From Candidatus Edwardsbacteria bacterium (GTDB lineage Bacteria; Edwardsbacteria; AC1; JBFLXN01): a stretch of DNA of 53,017 bases. The position numbers and the translations under genes are program-made. Below are positions 17,096 to 27,184 of this stretch, in pieces. Position 1 is the stretch's first letter; every line of letters starts with the position of its first letter. The notes under the pieces are model-generated. The model was not told the origin of the DNA. It worked only from the letters and a program-made list of their open reading frames with translations, and did no database searches. The stretch is taken from the NCBI GenBank assembly GCA_040755715.1, contig JBFLXN010000001.1, positions 1-53,017 on the forward strand, read 5' to 3'.

Positions 17096-17477
17096 ATTCT
17101 TTGTTTAGAATTCTCAGGTCTTTTATGGAATAATGTTTAGCATTGTAAGTAACCAGTATTAGATCATTGAGAATACAAGTAGCAGCTATTATTGCGTCAA
17201 CGAAATCAAAAATAATTCCCTTGGTTTTATATTTACGAATATATTCTCCAGTTAAATTGGCGACATTTCTATCTACCTTACATACTTTGAGATTGTTTAG
17301 TAGTAAATTCGTTGCTTCTTCCTCTCCTGCTTTTACACCCACTTGAACTTCTATAATTGAGACAGCAGAACAATAAGGTATCCCTTCTTGACTTAATTTC
17401 TCCACAAGTTCTATCGTTTCTTTTTTATTTCTCAGACACCAGATCAAGACATCTGAATCTAGGAGATATTTAGGCAT
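17076..17477 (-). CDS. vapC: PIN-domain toxin VapC
   Basis: 133 aa. N-terminal YLLDSDVLI, and a C-terminal ILVTYNAKHY PIN motif. Confidence 0.8.
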   Translation of the reverse strand: MPKYLLDSDVLIWCLRNKKETIELVEKLSQEGIPYCSAVSIIEVQVGVKAGEEEATNLLLNNLKVCKVDRNVANLTGEYIRKYKTKGIIFDFVDAIIAATCILNDLILVTYNAKHYSIKDLRILNKEYEDWCS

Positions 17478-17748
17478 TGAGCAATTTTTCTATTCTTTTG
17501 TTAGCTGAACTGCGAATTTTTTTTAGGTACCGGTTTAGGCCTCTTTGGTTCTTTAGCGTGGGATGATTTTTGTCACTCCAGCTTCCCTTTGTTCTATTTA
17601 GGGCTTGTAAGAATTTCATTCTTTCTAACTTTTCCTTTGTCGCCTCAACTACGAAACTACTTCTCTTTCCTTTACCCACTATTTTCTTTATTTCTTCAAG
17701 TAAATCTTCAGGAAAGAGGATATTAGTTCTTATACTATGTGCCACCAT
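17470..17748 (-). CDS. vapB: ribbon-helix-helix antitoxin (VapB-like)
   Basis: 92 aa. IRTNILFPEDLLEEIKKIV...RSSFVVEATKEKL resembles RHH. Overlaps vapC by 8 nt. Confidence 0.65.
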   Translation of the reverse strand: MVAHSIRTNILFPEDLLEEIKKIVGKGKRSSFVVEATKEKLERMKFLQALNRTKGSWSDKNHPTLKNQRGLNRYLKKIRSSANKRIEKLLNA

Positions 17749-17785
17749 ATTTTAAAAGCTCCAATTTCATTTTATCCACATAATT

Positions 17786-17814
17786 ATTATACATAAATGG
17801 TATGCATTTGTCAA
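17786..17814 (-). promoter_or_regulatory. consensus sigma70 promoter for vapBC, internal to the array
   Basis: Minus strand reads TTGACA (17814-17809), 17 nt, TATAAT (17791-17786), about 38 nt upstream of the vapB ATG. Confidence 0.6.
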
Positions 17815-17820
17815 CAAATT

Positions 17821-19428
17821 TCACATCCTAAACACTCCAAATCTATGGTCAGGGATTGGTGCATTCAAAGACATGGCGATAGCCAAGCCCAGAGCGGTTC
17901 GGGTTTCTAATGGCTCCACAATACCATCATCCCAGAGTCTTGCCGTAGAATAATAGGCAGAAGATTCCTCTTCGTATTTTGCTAGAGTCGGTGCCTTAAA
18001 TTTTTCCTGTTCTTCTTCTGTCATTGTTTCACCCTTTTTCCTTAGTGCTTCCATTTTGACCTGTAGCAAAGTGCTCGCCGCTTGTTCACCTCCCATCACA
18101 CAGATTTTGGCATTTGGCCACATCCAAAGAAGTCGTGGTCTGTATGCCCTTCCACACATCGCATAATTACCCGCACCATAAGAGCCTCCGATAATCACGG
18201 TGAACTTGGGCACATCAGCATTTGCCACCGCATGAACCATCTTTGCCCCATCTTTGGCAATGCCTCCGTGTTCATACTGTTTACCGACGATGAAGCCTGT
18301 AATATTTTGTAAGAAAACGAGGGGTATCTTTCTCACGGCACATAGAGAAATAAAGTGAGCACCCTTTTGGGCAGACTCTGAAAACAGAACTCCATTGTTT
18401 GCCAATATCCCTGCTGGATAGCCCATAATTTTGGCAAAGCCACAGACTAAAGTTACTCCGTATAACTCTTTAAATTCGTGGAATTCACTGTTATCAACAA
18501 TTCGGGCAATAATTTCTCGCATATCAAAAGACTTTTTCAAATCCTTTGGAATAATACCGTAAATTTCTTCAGAGTCATAATATGGTTCTTTTGGTTCAGA
18601 AACATCCAGTTCAAATTTCTGTGGCTTTGACAAATTTTGCAAGATATTTCTGCAAATTTCAATGGCGTGTTCGTCGTTAAGTGCGTAGTGGTCAGAGACC
18701 CCGGAAATTCGGCAATGCACATCCGCCCCCCCCAATTGCTCTGCGGTTACTTCTTCACCAGTAGCCGCTTTAACCAGCGGTGGTCCACCAATGTAGATTG
18801 TTCCCTGTCCTTTGACGATAATGGTCTCATCGCTCATCGCTGGCACATAGGCTCCGCCAGCGGTGCAAAAGCCCAACACCACTGAGATCTGAGGAATATT
18901 GAGAGCTGAAAATCTTGCTTGATTATAAAAAATCTTCCCAAAATGGTCTTTATCTGGAAATGTGCCAGACTGCATAGGAAGAAAGATACCACCAGAATCA
19001 ACAAGATAGACACAAGGTAGACGATTTTCCAAAGCAATTTCTTGAGCTCTCACATGTTTCTTGATTGTCTCCGGGAAATAGGTGCCACCTTTAACGGTAG
19101 CGTCGTTAGCCACAACCAAAACCTCTCTACCATGAACAACTCCAACGCCGGTAATGATGCCAGCGCAAGGCGCTTCGTTATTATGCAAGTCATAAGCGGC
19201 TAATGGACTAAATTCCAAAAATGGGGTGTTTTTGTCAAATAAAAGGTTTAATCTCTCCCGAACCAGCAATTTCCCACGAGCTTTGTGTCTTTCAATTTGG
19301 TCTGTTGGACCACCGGCTTTTACTTTAGTAAGTCGCTCTTTAAATTCATCAACCACTCGTTTCAATGCAGTTTTATTCTCTTGAAATTCCTTTGATTTGA
19401 CATCAATCTTTGATTCAATGCGATACAT
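17821..19428 (-). CDS. methylcrotonyl-CoA carboxylase carboxyltransferase (beta) subunit
   Basis: 535 aa. [15 protein letters not shown]...[13 protein letters not shown]...[12 protein letters not shown]...DHFG.IFYNQA...[14 protein letters not shown] closely parallels the remembered MCCC2/LiuB sequence. Confidence 0.85.
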   Translation of the reverse strand: MYRIESKIDVKSKEFQENKTALKRVVDEFKERLTKVKAGGPTDQIERHKARGKLLVRERLNLLFDKNTPFLEFSPLAAYDLHNNEAPCAGIITGVGVVHGREVLVVANDATVKGGTYFPETIKKHVRAQEIALENRLPCVYLVDSGGIFLPMQSGTFPDKDHFGKIFYNQARFSALNIPQISVVLGFCTAGGAYVPAMSDETIIVKGQGTIYIGGPPLVKAATGEEVTAEQLGGADVHCRISGVSDHYALNDEHAIEICRNILQNLSKPQKFELDVSEPKEPYYDSEEIYGIIPKDLKKSFDMREIIARIVDNSEFHEFKELYGVTLVCGFAKIMGYPAGILANNGVLFSESAQKGAHFISLCAVRKIPLVFLQNITGFIVGKQYEHGGIAKDGAKMVHAVANADVPKFTVIIGGSYGAGNYAMCGRAYRPRLLWMWPNAKICVMGGEQAASTLLQVKMEALRKKGETMTEEEQEKFKAPTLAKYEEESSAYYSTARLWDDGIVEPLETRTALGLAIAMSLNAPIPDHRFGVFRM

Positions 19429-19443
19429 AGATTTGCTCCTTGT

Positions 19444-20277
19444 TCACTTAAACCACTGCCCTCCAGTAAAAGCCAAAATAGAAGCAAGGCGAATAATCCT
19501 TACGAGTTCAGCCACATTCTTTGGCTTAAATTTGACAGTCCGACCACTCGTTCGTTCTATTCCAGGAATTAAAGTCACCAGGTCAGTTCTGAGTGTGTCC
19601 ATCAATTGCAGTTCCAATTCCAACGGTGGCGAGATTTTAAAAATGGGAGTCTTTTTTGCCTTAAGAACGGCGAGTTTTGCTTTCTCTCTCAATTCTTCTT
19701 CAATATCCTTTGGATGTCGGGTTGTAACAGCAAATCTGGAAATACCATATTTGGTGACTACATACTCAACTCCCTCGGGCAAAGTTTGTTGAGTATGTTC
19801 AATAAGTTTAGCATCTCCGGCCACTAACCCTACTGGCACTCCGAAATGTCCAGCGTAAGCGGCATTAATAGTAGTTTCACTCATTTCTTTACCATTGACC
19901 TTAATTGAATATATACTGGATGAAGAAAATGTATGGTCCATTGGAGCTGAAACAGTTCCTGCTTTGGCATGATGCCCGATAAGAAAAACCAGTTCAAATG
20001 TAGAATTAAGACCTTCCATCATTCCATAGGGTCGTGGCACTCCCCTTGTCACAAGGGTTCCCTTCGGTAGTTCTTCAAATAAAATATTGTTCATTTTTCC
20101 GTGAGAATCGCAGACGACAATCTTCTTGACCTCTATCTCAGCGTCCTTTATGCCTTCAATAACGGCGTTGACTTCGTTGGTCATAATTTTGCGGTAGCGT
20201 AGTCCTTCCTTTTCAAAATCCTCCCAGGACATTGTTCCAGCTACGCCTTCCATATCAACGGAAATAAAGAATTTCAC
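19444..20277 (-). CDS. M55 family D-aminopeptidase (DppA-like)
   Basis: 277 aa. N-terminus MKFFISVDMEGVAG is typical of Peptidase_M55. Confidence 0.75.
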   Translation of the reverse strand: MKFFISVDMEGVAGTMSWEDFEKEGLRYRKIMTNEVNAVIEGIKDAEIEVKKIVVCDSHGKMNNILFEELPKGTLVTRGVPRPYGMMEGLNSTFELVFLIGHHAKAGTVSAPMDHTFSSSSIYSIKVNGKEMSETTINAAYAGHFGVPVGLVAGDAKLIEHTQQTLPEGVEYVVTKYGISRFAVTTRHPKDIEEELREKAKLAVLKAKKTPIFKISPPLELELQLMDTLRTDLVTLIPGIERTSGRTVKFKPKNVAELVRIIRLASILAFTGGQWFK

Positions 20278-20310
20278 GGTTACCTCCTATTGTTAAAAAG
20301 GCAAAGATTA

Positions 20311-20427
20311 AAATTGAGGTTAAGGTTTAGAGAAGGAAGTAAAAGTCAATGTGCTAGATGGAGAATTTTACGGATTAAACGGAGAAACACCAGATTTTTC
20401 TTAACCTTAACCTCAACCTTAACCTTA
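20311..20427. repeat. operon-spacer hairpin, word GGTTAAG
   Basis: ATTGAGGTTAAGGTT (left) faces AACCTTAACCTCAACCTTAACC (right), with a 14-nt perfect core. Confidence 0.65.
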
Positions 20428-20445
20428 TCTTTTTTCTAGCTGTAT

Positions 20446-20835
20446 CTATACCAGCACTGCCTTATGTCCGTAGCAGAGAATTCCTGCCTTTCCATCCTCC
20501 TGAATTCGGCGAAATTCTAAACGCGCCTTCTTGCCAATCTCAATTTGGTCAAAATCACAATCAACAATCTGAGTGGTAACTCTAACTCCGCCATCTAACT
20601 CTACGATACCAACAACATAGGGTACCTCATCAGAGAATTGGCTCGGAGCAACACTAATTACGGTGAATGTTACAATCTTACCCTCGTCACTTAAAAAAAC
20701 AGTCTCAAATTCCCTATTCTTACATTTCGCACAAATTAAGCGAGGCGGGAAATAGATTGCGCCACACCTCTTGCATTTCGCCGCTTCAAGGCGATAGCGC
20801 TGTGGGATTTCACGATGATACCTTGCAGGAAACAT
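20446..20835 (-). CDS. Zn-ribbon/OB-fold DUF35 protein (scaffold of the thiolase/HMG-CoA synthase complex)
   Basis: 129 aa. Has a CKRCG...CAKC zinc ribbon followed by an OB fold. Lies directly downstream of thiolase and HMGCS. Confidence 0.8.
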   Translation of the reverse strand: MFPARYHREIPQRYRLEAAKCKRCGAIYFPPRLICAKCKNREFETVFLSDEGKIVTFTVISVAPSQFSDEVPYVVGIVELDGGVRVTTQIVDCDFDQIEIGKKARLEFRRIQEDGKAGILCYGHKAVLV

Positions 20836-20960
20836 ATTTACCTCCCTTCAAAGTGTTTCGTTCCTTCGTTTGTCGGTTGTGAGGCTCGTTTAGGCTAAGT
20901 CTTTAGGTGTCGTAATTCGTTTCCTTTCACCAAAACAAGACCAAGCAACTGTTTTACTTT

Positions 20961-22121
20961 TTATATTGCCTCTAATATATGCACTACCGTGCTTCCACCC
21001 GTGCCGCCCATATTCTGTGTCAGTCCCCTCTTCGCCTTTTCTACCTGTCTCTTTCCTGCTTCTCCTCTCAATTGTTCCACAATTTCGCATATTTGGGCAA
21101 CCCCGGTGGCACCAACCGGATGTCCCTTAGACTTTAATCCACCACTTACATTAACTGGAATCTTGCCGCCCAAAGAAGTAATCCCGCTTTCTACCGCAGG
21201 TCCGCCTTTCCCTTTTTCTACTAATCCGAGTGCTTCGGTAATGCAGATTTCGGCGATGGTAAAACAATCATGGACTTCAACCAAATCTACATCTTTGGGA
21301 TTGACATTTGCCATCTTGTAGGCAATTTCTGCCGCCTTTATTGTAGCATTAAAAGCAGTGAGGTCTTCTCTGGAATGCAGAGCAATAGTATCTGTAGCGT
21401 GCCCGACGCCAACAATTTTTACCAATGGCTTTTTCTCTGCTATCTTCTTTGCCATTTCCAGTGAGCAGAGAATAACAGCCGCCGCCCCGTCAGTAATCGG
21501 AGAACAGTCAAGGACTCTCAAAGGGTCAGCCACCATTGGTGAACTAAGGACTGCTTCCACTGTAATCTCCGAAGGATATTGGGCGTAAGGATTCATAGAA
21601 CCGTGCTTATGATTCTTCACTGCCACTTTGGCTAACTGTTCTCGCGTAGTGCCAAACTTTTGCATATGTGCCCGAGCAATCATTGCATATAATCCGGGAA
21701 ATGTTACACCTTGGTATGCCTCATATTCCTGGTCCGAGGCAGTAGCTAGAGCGTAGGTGGCACCATCAACAGAAACATCCGTCATCTTTTCCACACCACC
21801 GACTAAGACCACATCATTTATTCCAGAAGCAACTTCTATGAATCCTTGTCTAACAGCTACTCCTCCTGAGGCGCAGGCAGATTCTACTCTGGTGGCCGGA
21901 ATGGGAGCTACACCGAGATAGTCCGCCAAAAGAGAACCCAGATGTTCTTGTCCAATGAAAAGTCCACTGGACATACAGCCGATATACATTGAATCAATAT
22001 GGTCAACACCAGCGTCATCAATGGCTTTTAAGGCAGCCTCTACAAAAATTTGCCGCAGGGATTTCGTCCACAACTCTCCCCACTTAATCATTCCTACACC
22101 AATAATCGCTACTTCACGCAT
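20961..22121 (-). CDS. archaeal-type acetoacetyl-CoA thiolase
   Basis: 386 aa. [11 protein letters not shown], active-site region VESACASGG, and C-terminal [14 protein letters not shown]. Confidence 0.85.
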   Translation of the reverse strand: MREVAIIGVGMIKWGELWTKSLRQIFVEAALKAIDDAGVDHIDSMYIGCMSSGLFIGQEHLGSLLADYLGVAPIPATRVESACASGGVAVRQGFIEVASGINDVVLVGGVEKMTDVSVDGATYALATASDQEYEAYQGVTFPGLYAMIARAHMQKFGTTREQLAKVAVKNHKHGSMNPYAQYPSEITVEAVLSSPMVADPLRVLDCSPITDGAAAVILCSLEMAKKIAEKKPLVKIVGVGHATDTIALHSREDLTAFNATIKAAEIAYKMANVNPKDVDLVEVHDCFTIAEICITEALGLVEKGKGGPAVESGITSLGGKIPVNVSGGLKSKGHPVGATGVAQICEIVEQLRGEAGKRQVEKAKRGLTQNMGGTGGSTVVHILEAI

Positions 22122-22145
22122 AGTTTCCTCCCTTGTTAACAGTAG

Positions 22146-22195
22146 ACAGAAGGCAGAAAGCAGTAAGCAAGCTGCTTTCTGCTTTCTGCTTTCTG
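22146..22195. repeat. operon-spacer hairpin, word GCAGAAAG
   Basis: CAGAAGGCAGAAAGCAG, loop TAAGCAAG, then CTGCTTTCTGC(TTTCTGC)CTTCTG. The stem is essentially perfect, with one extra 7-nt word on the right arm. Confidence 0.8.
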
Positions 22196-22215
22196 CCTTC
22201 TGCTTTTTTCTCCTT

Positions 22216-23262
22216 TCATTCTGCCTTCAAAATTTTTCTGCGGAATTTTGCATAGGTTCCATAGTCAATATATTTCTTATTATTGTCCAGCATCCATCTG
22301 GTCTTCGGGGCTTTGTTGCGAACTTCATCAATTTTCTTGGTCACGGTAAAGATAAACGCATCACTACCAGCACCAGAACCAAAGGAGACTAAAAGAATTT
22401 TGTCGCCTGACTTAGCAATATCCAAGGTAGCGGTTAATCCCATAGGTGAAGAGCCGGAATAAGTATTGCCCAAAGTAGGTGAAAGCCAGCCTGGCTCAAT
22501 TTGCTCCTTAGTAAATCCCAACATCTTGCCGACTGCTTGGGGGAATTTTCCGTTCGGCTGATGAAAAATGACATAATTGAAATCTTGAGGCTTCATCTTT
22601 GCTTTTGCCATGATTCCTTTGGCCGCACCTTGAATGTGTTTGAAATAGGCAGGTTCTCCGGTAAATCTACTGGCATGTCTCGGATAGTGTTCATATTCCC
22701 TTCTCCAAAAATCTGCAGTATCGGTCATATAGGCGTAGGTCTCATTAACTTCCGCAATTAACTTTTCTTTGCCAAAGATAAAGGCGGCGGCGCCAGCAGC
22801 AGCTGAATATTCAAGGGCATCTCCTGGCGCGCCTTGGGATGTATCAGCACCCACTGCCAGTCCATATTTTATTTCGCCTGCTTTAACCAGGCCGAGGCAG
22901 ACGAACATTGCTTCAGTTCCTGCCTTACAGGCAAACTCAAATGAGGCAGAATGAACCTCGGGGGTAGCATTTATTGCCTCAGCCAAAACTGTAGCACTCG
23001 GCTTCACTGCGTAGGGATGAGATTCAGACCCGACATAAGCGGCACCGATTTCTTTTGGGTCTATTTCTGCTCTCTTGAGTGCATTCTTGGTTGCTTCAAC
23101 TGACATCGTGATTGTGTCTTCGTCCAAAGCAGGCACAGCTTTTTCCCGTAACATCAAACCTTTCTTATAACTCTCCGCATCTGCCCCCCAGACCTTAGCA
23201 ATTTCTTCCACTTTTATTCTGTGCCTCGGGATATAGGCACCGTAGCCAACTATTCCAACCAT
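22216..23262 (-). CDS. archaeal-type hydroxymethylglutaryl-CoA synthase
   Basis: 348 aa. [16 protein letters not shown]...EFACKAGT... matches the UPF0219/HMGCS pattern. Lies in a trio with thiolase and DUF35. Confidence 0.85.
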   Translation of the reverse strand: MVGIVGYGAYIPRHRIKVEEIAKVWGADAESYKKGLMLREKAVPALDEDTITMSVEATKNALKRAEIDPKEIGAAYVGSESHPYAVKPSATVLAEAINATPEVHSASFEFACKAGTEAMFVCLGLVKAGEIKYGLAVGADTSQGAPGDALEYSAAAGAAAFIFGKEKLIAEVNETYAYMTDTADFWRREYEHYPRHASRFTGEPAYFKHIQGAAKGIMAKAKMKPQDFNYVIFHQPNGKFPQAVGKMLGFTKEQIEPGWLSPTLGNTYSGSSPMGLTATLDIAKSGDKILLVSFGSGAGSDAFIFTVTKKIDEVRNKAPKTRWMLDNNKKYIDYGTYAKFRRKILKAE

Positions 23263-23276
23263 TATGGCACCTCCTC

Positions 23277-23538
23277 AGTGCTTTGTTAAATTTTGGCTCA
23301 AAATCTGCCTGGAAGCCTTCTGGCACAATAATATAAGCCTATGAGGCACTTTTTCTTGTGCTTTTGAGGATGCCCTGAAGCCCCGATTTATCGGGGCTTG
23401 GGCTGTCTTTCTTCCCCCGACTTGTCGGGGGACAAGAGAAGAACAAGCCCAGAAGGCTTAAACGCTTGTCAGTGTTGATTTTCCTTCACTCCGTTCAGGA
23501 TAAATCGTGCCAATTTTAGACAAAATTTTAACAAAGTC
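23277..23538 (+). mobile_element. MITE-like element, copy A (~262 nt)
   Basis: Terminal inverted repeats CTTTGTTAAATTTTGGCTCAAAAT / ATTTTAGACAAAATTTTAACAAAG. Internal palindromes CCCCGATTTATCGGGG and CCCCCGACTTGTCGGGGG. Reverse complement of 44978-45216 apart from a ~23-nt indel. Confidence 0.75.
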
Positions 23539-23582
23539 GTGCTCCTGTTGTTTGGTCTGTTCATTTTTTACCACTTTTACTT

Positions 23583-24143
23583 TTAAGATTGAAATTTTAG
23601 TTTCTTTAACTTCTCAAATCTTTTGAAAAAATTTGGTTCAAACTCCTCTTCTAAAGTTTTAGACAACCATTCCATTCTTCTCCAATCTAGTCTTAATGTC
23701 TTGTTTTTTAAAATAGCCTTAATATCTTCCCAATCCTTTGGTTTTGCCCTACCAAGTTTATAAATTATTAACTCTTCGGGTGGTGCTATTTTCCACTCTT
23801 TATCCCATATTTTAAAAGCTTTTGCCCGCTTCAACGCTTCATAATCTATGGTAAATTTTACAATTCTTAAGTCGATTGAGAACTCGTCCTCATACCATAA
23901 TTTAGCGGGTTTTCCTTCTGATAGTTTTTTATAGGTTTTTTCTTTTGAAAAAACAAATCTGGCTTTAATGAATTCTTCTAACAATTCATTTATTTTATTT
24001 TCTTTTATGGCCAATACAATATCCATATTTGCGGTAGAAATTGGCATTCCCCAACAGGCAACGGCTATCCGACCAATAATGCAGTAATCTATCTTTTTAC
24101 TATTTAATATCTCATTTGTTTTTATTGAGATTTCTTTTAGCAT
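23583..24143 (-). CDS. putative nucleotidyltransferase-fold protein (AbiEii/DUF6036-like TA toxin candidate)
   Basis: 186 aa. IIGRIAVACWGMPISTANMDIVL resembles the GG..A......R.T.D.D motif of these NTases. Overlaps the upstream small ORF. Confidence 0.35.
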   Translation of the reverse strand: MLKEISIKTNEILNSKKIDYCIIGRIAVACWGMPISTANMDIVLAIKENKINELLEEFIKARFVFSKEKTYKKLSEGKPAKLWYEDEFSIDLRIVKFTIDYEALKRAKAFKIWDKEWKIAPPEELIIYKLGRAKPKDWEDIKAILKNKTLRLDWRRMEWLSKTLEEEFEPNFFKRFEKLKKLKFQS

Positions 24144-24312
24144 ATTTCATCCCTGCTTTATAAAATTCAGATATAAATTCTTGTAGTTCCTCAAAAAGTC
24201 TTAATTTTTCTTCTGGAGACTTCTGTAAGATTACATTTATTTCTTCCTCTTTGAGGGAGTTATATTCTCTTTTTATTTTCTTTGCCAATTTATATTTATC
24301 GCTACCTTGCAT
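24112..24312 (-). CDS. small helical protein, possible antitoxin partner
   Basis: 66 aa, overlapping the NTase-like ORF by 32 nt. No family recognised. Confidence 0.25.
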   Translation of the reverse strand: MQGSDKYKLAKKIKREYNSLKEEEINVILQKSPEEKLRLFEELQEFISEFYKAGMKYAKRNLNKNK

Positions 24313-24355
24313 GAGGCAAACCTCTCAAGAACGGTCTTTAGTCCCGTCAGAATCT

Positions 24356-24384
24356 GTAGAGACGGGTTTGAAATCTGTCTCTAC
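24356..24384. repeat. 29-nt GTAG...CTAC palindromic unit (REP variant)
   Basis: GTAGAGACGGGTTTGAAATCTGTCTCTAC has 8-bp arms, the same 29-nt length as the GGGGCG REPs and the same GTAG/CTAC ends. Confidence 0.5.
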
Positions 24385-24388
24385 TTTC

Positions 24389-24913
24389 CTAATATTCTAT
24401 TCCTTCTCTTGCTTGAATTCCCTTCGTTGAATAATGATGTTTCAATTCTTTCATTTCAGTGACCAAATCAGCCAAAGCCAAAATCTGCAATGGCGCATAG
24501 CGCCCGGTCAAAATCAGTTCAACACTTTTGGGCTTCTGCTTAATCAATTGCACCACCTCATTCAATTCTAATAGACCATAATCAATCGCTACATTTATTT
24601 CATCAAGAATTACCATATCATATTTACTGCTCTTTATAATCTCTTTGGCTTTGTTAAATCCCTTTTGTGCCAATTCCAAATCTTTTTCACTGGGTGCACC
24701 CTTCTTAACGAATGTGTCTAATCCATATTGTTCAATCGTAAAATTGGGAAATGATTTAACCGCTTTAAGTTCTCCGTAGTTTTTGCTTCCCTTCATAAAT
24801 TGAATGACAAAGACTTTCAGTCCATGCCCGGAAGCACGCAAGGCTTGACCCAAAGCGGCGGTCGTTTTACCCTTGCCATCACCCGTATAAACTTGAACTG
24901 TCCCGAATCTCAT
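24389..24913 (-). CDS. cobO: cob(I)yrinic acid a,c-diamide / cob(I)alamin adenosyltransferase (CobA/CobO type)
   Basis: 174 aa. VQVYTGDGKGKTTAALGQALRA...VIQFMKG is typical of CobA/BtuR. Confidence 0.85.
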   Translation of the reverse strand: MRFGTVQVYTGDGKGKTTAALGQALRASGHGLKVFVIQFMKGSKNYGELKAVKSFPNFTIEQYGLDTFVKKGAPSEKDLELAQKGFNKAKEIIKSSKYDMVILDEINVAIDYGLLELNEVVQLIKQKPKSVELILTGRYAPLQILALADLVTEMKELKHHYSTKGIQAREGIEY

Positions 24914-24935
24914 AGCGCCTTGTCAACTAAATTAT

Positions 24936-25010
24936 GTTTTTTCCTACACAGATTGGCACAGATAAAATGCCGCAAGATTATTACAGATATTGTCGGAAAA
25001 ATCTGTGCCC
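24936..25010. repeat. operon-spacer hairpin, word CACAGAT
   Basis: CAGATTGGCACAGATAAAAT faces AAAATCTGTGCCCATCTG. Confidence 0.55.
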
Positions 25011-25053
25011 ATCTGCGAAGTCTTTTATTTGTGGTTATCTGTGAGAGAATGCA

Positions 25054-25785
25054 TCATAGAATTTTGACATTGCCCGCAATTATTTTTCTTAAAGAACCAT
25101 CACTCATCTCTATTAGCAAAGCACCATCCTCGTCTAAGTCTACTGCTTTACCTTCAATGACTTCAGTTGGCGTTCTCACCTCAATCCGCCGATTGAACAT
25201 TTGAGAAAAGGATTTCCACTCTTTCAAAATGTAAGCAAGTCTACTCTCTATAAAGAGGAAATAAACTTGATTCAACTCATATTCTAAGTCCTTAATAAAA
25301 TTATCTATTACAATCTCTTTTTGAAGTTCTTTCTTAATTGAAGTAGTTTCTCTCAATTCTTCGGGAAATGTCTCTATATCAAGATTGGCATTGATTCCAA
25401 TTCCCAATATAACTGCTTTCCATTTGCTGTTTGTTTCTGTCAGGATACCGGCAACTTTTTTACCATTCAATAGGACATCGTTTGGCCATTTGAGGGAAGG
25501 ATTTAGCCCTAATTTCTTAATTGCCTTTGCTACTGCAATGGAAGCCAGTAATGAAATAGGTGGAAAGAAATTCTGCGAGAGTGGTGGTTTTAGAATCACT
25601 GAGAGATAAACGCCACCGGGAGGAGAAAACCAGACTCTATTAAGTCTCCCCCTCCCTTTCTTCTGCACTTCAGCAATAATGATTGTCCCCTCTTCAGCTT
25701 CATCAGCAATTTCTTTGGCAAAATCCTGAGTAGAATCAATCTCAGTAAAGCGATAGATTTTTTTACCAATCAAGATAACCCTCAC
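25054..25785 (-). CDS. birA: biotin-[acetyl-CoA-carboxylase] ligase (group I, no HTH)
   Basis: 243 aa. Has QKKGRGRLNRVWFSPPGG (the GRGRxGR.W motif) and KWPNDVL. Confidence 0.85.
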   Translation of the reverse strand: MRVILIGKKIYRFTEIDSTQDFAKEIADEAEEGTIIIAEVQKKGRGRLNRVWFSPPGGVYLSVILKPPLSQNFFPPISLLASIAVAKAIKKLGLNPSLKWPNDVLLNGKKVAGILTETNSKWKAVILGIGINANLDIETFPEELRETTSIKKELQKEIVIDNFIKDLEYELNQVYFLFIESRLAYILKEWKSFSQMFNRRIEVRTPTEVIEGKAVDLDEDGALLIEMSDGSLRKIIAGNVKIL

Positions 25786-25793
25786 TTCGGGTT

Positions 25794-25891
25794 TGATTAC
25801 GGCGATAAAATCACTAACCGCTATCCGTCAACCGCTTACCGCTAAACAATATGCGCATAGCGAAAAGCGATGTTTTTATATCGCCGTCATC
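25794..25891. repeat. operon-spacer hairpin, word CCGCTA/GGCGATA
   Basis: GATTACGGCGATAAAATCA faces TGTTTTTATATCGCCGTCATC. Inner ACCGCT words. Confidence 0.55.
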
Positions 25892-25913
25892 GTTCTTTTT
25901 ATCGTTGCTTTTT

Positions 25914-27167
25914 TCAGTTTTCCGCCCTTTTAAACACCATCGCCACTACCGTTTTGTCATTTCCGCCCATACTTGACAGCATTCCATAGGGACGAGTTTC
26001 CAAGTCAATCTTCACCTGACAATCTCCGGCTTTTCCTGTAAGTTGATGCAGAATATCTACTGCTTGTCTCACGCCGGTAGCACCAGTGGGATGTCCATAT
26101 CCAATAAGACCGCCGGTAGTATTCGTTGGAATCTCTCCATTTAGGCGGGTCTTTCCCTCCTTTACAAAATCTGCTCCTTCAGCATATTTGCAGAGTCCAA
26201 TCGCTTCAATCGCCAGAAGACCGGCAATAGTAAAGCAGTCATGAACCTCAAGAACACCCAAATCTTTAGGGGTGATACCTGCTCGTTCATAGGCAAGTTT
26301 AGCTGCTCTTTCACAGGTTGTGAGCCTCGTCAAATCTGGTGGTAGTACGGTTAAGTCATCCTGGCACTGGGCATAGGCAAGAACTTCTACTGCATCCTTT
26401 TTTGAGACACCTATTTTTTTAAGTCCCTCTTCAGAGGCAAAGATGATAGCGGAAGCACCATCAGAAACTTTGGAGCAATCGTAGGCGTTTATATGCTCGC
26501 AAAATGCTTTGGGACTCGGTGGAGTCATTCCCACGGCAAACAGGTCTTTAGTCTCGTTATGATACTCCTGGGCTTTTGGGTTTTTTCTGGCATTCTCAAT
26601 AGCCTGAACATACCAGTGAGTCATTCCTTCTCTGATTCTTTCCTTCCCAAACTTCTCAAAGCAAGCACCTGCTCTATCTGAGAACTTTGCCGGGAAGAAG
26701 TAGGCATGTCCATCTTTTCTCTCTCCTTTATACCAGCCTGCGGCCGCCAGATAGTCTGCGCCATAGAGAGCCTTTACGGTATTCTGGACCTCAACACCGA
26801 TGCACAAGACAACATCTGCAAGGTCTGCCAAAATTGTCTTAATTGAGACAACTAGGGCTAAACCGCCAGAATCGCAGGCCCCTTCAACTCTGGTGCAAGG
26901 TTTGTAAAGAAATGCCTTATCAACCATTGGAAAGAATCCACCGAGGTTTCCCTGACGGACAAACCTCTCGGCGACAAAGTTTCCAATCACTCCTTCATCA
27001 ATATTTTCTGCACTGTTTATCTGGACTATCGTTCCTTTCCCGGCTTCTAAGATGTAGTGTTCAATTCCCGGTCTTTCTGCCTTCGGGCTGAACTCTTTTC
27101 TTCCTGAACCAAACGAGACGGTGTTATAACCCGCAGTAACATAGATAGGTTTTCTGAGTTTAATCAT
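25914..27167 (-). CDS. thiolase-like protein (SCP-x/lipid-transfer type)
   Basis: 417 aa. Has VEGACDSGG (nucleophile Cys), HDCFTIAG and GYGHPTGATG motifs. Confidence 0.7.
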   Translation of the reverse strand: MIKLRKPIYVTAGYNTVSFGSGRKEFSPKAERPGIEHYILEAGKGTIVQINSAENIDEGVIGNFVAERFVRQGNLGGFFPMVDKAFLYKPCTRVEGACDSGGLALVVSIKTILADLADVVLCIGVEVQNTVKALYGADYLAAAGWYKGERKDGHAYFFPAKFSDRAGACFEKFGKERIREGMTHWYVQAIENARKNPKAQEYHNETKDLFAVGMTPPSPKAFCEHINAYDCSKVSDGASAIIFASEEGLKKIGVSKKDAVEVLAYAQCQDDLTVLPPDLTRLTTCERAAKLAYERAGITPKDLGVLEVHDCFTIAGLLAIEAIGLCKYAEGADFVKEGKTRLNGEIPTNTTGGLIGYGHPTGATGVRQAVDILHQLTGKAGDCQVKIDLETRPYGMLSSMGGNDKTVVAMVFKRAEN

Positions 27168-27184
27168 TGTGCCTCCTTTTTTAC

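Noticed and set aside
20890-21090. A 66-aa ORF overlapping the thiolase 3' end and the spacer.
   Set aside because: It overlaps the conserved thiolase C-terminus in another frame, and its Arg/Gly/Lys-rich sequence has no RBS.
24914-24925. A TTGACA hexamer directly upstream of the cobO start, and another at about 51566 upstream of meaB, as possible promoters.
   Set aside because: No acceptable -10 element lies at 16-19 nt spacing. The first is only 8 nt from the ATG.
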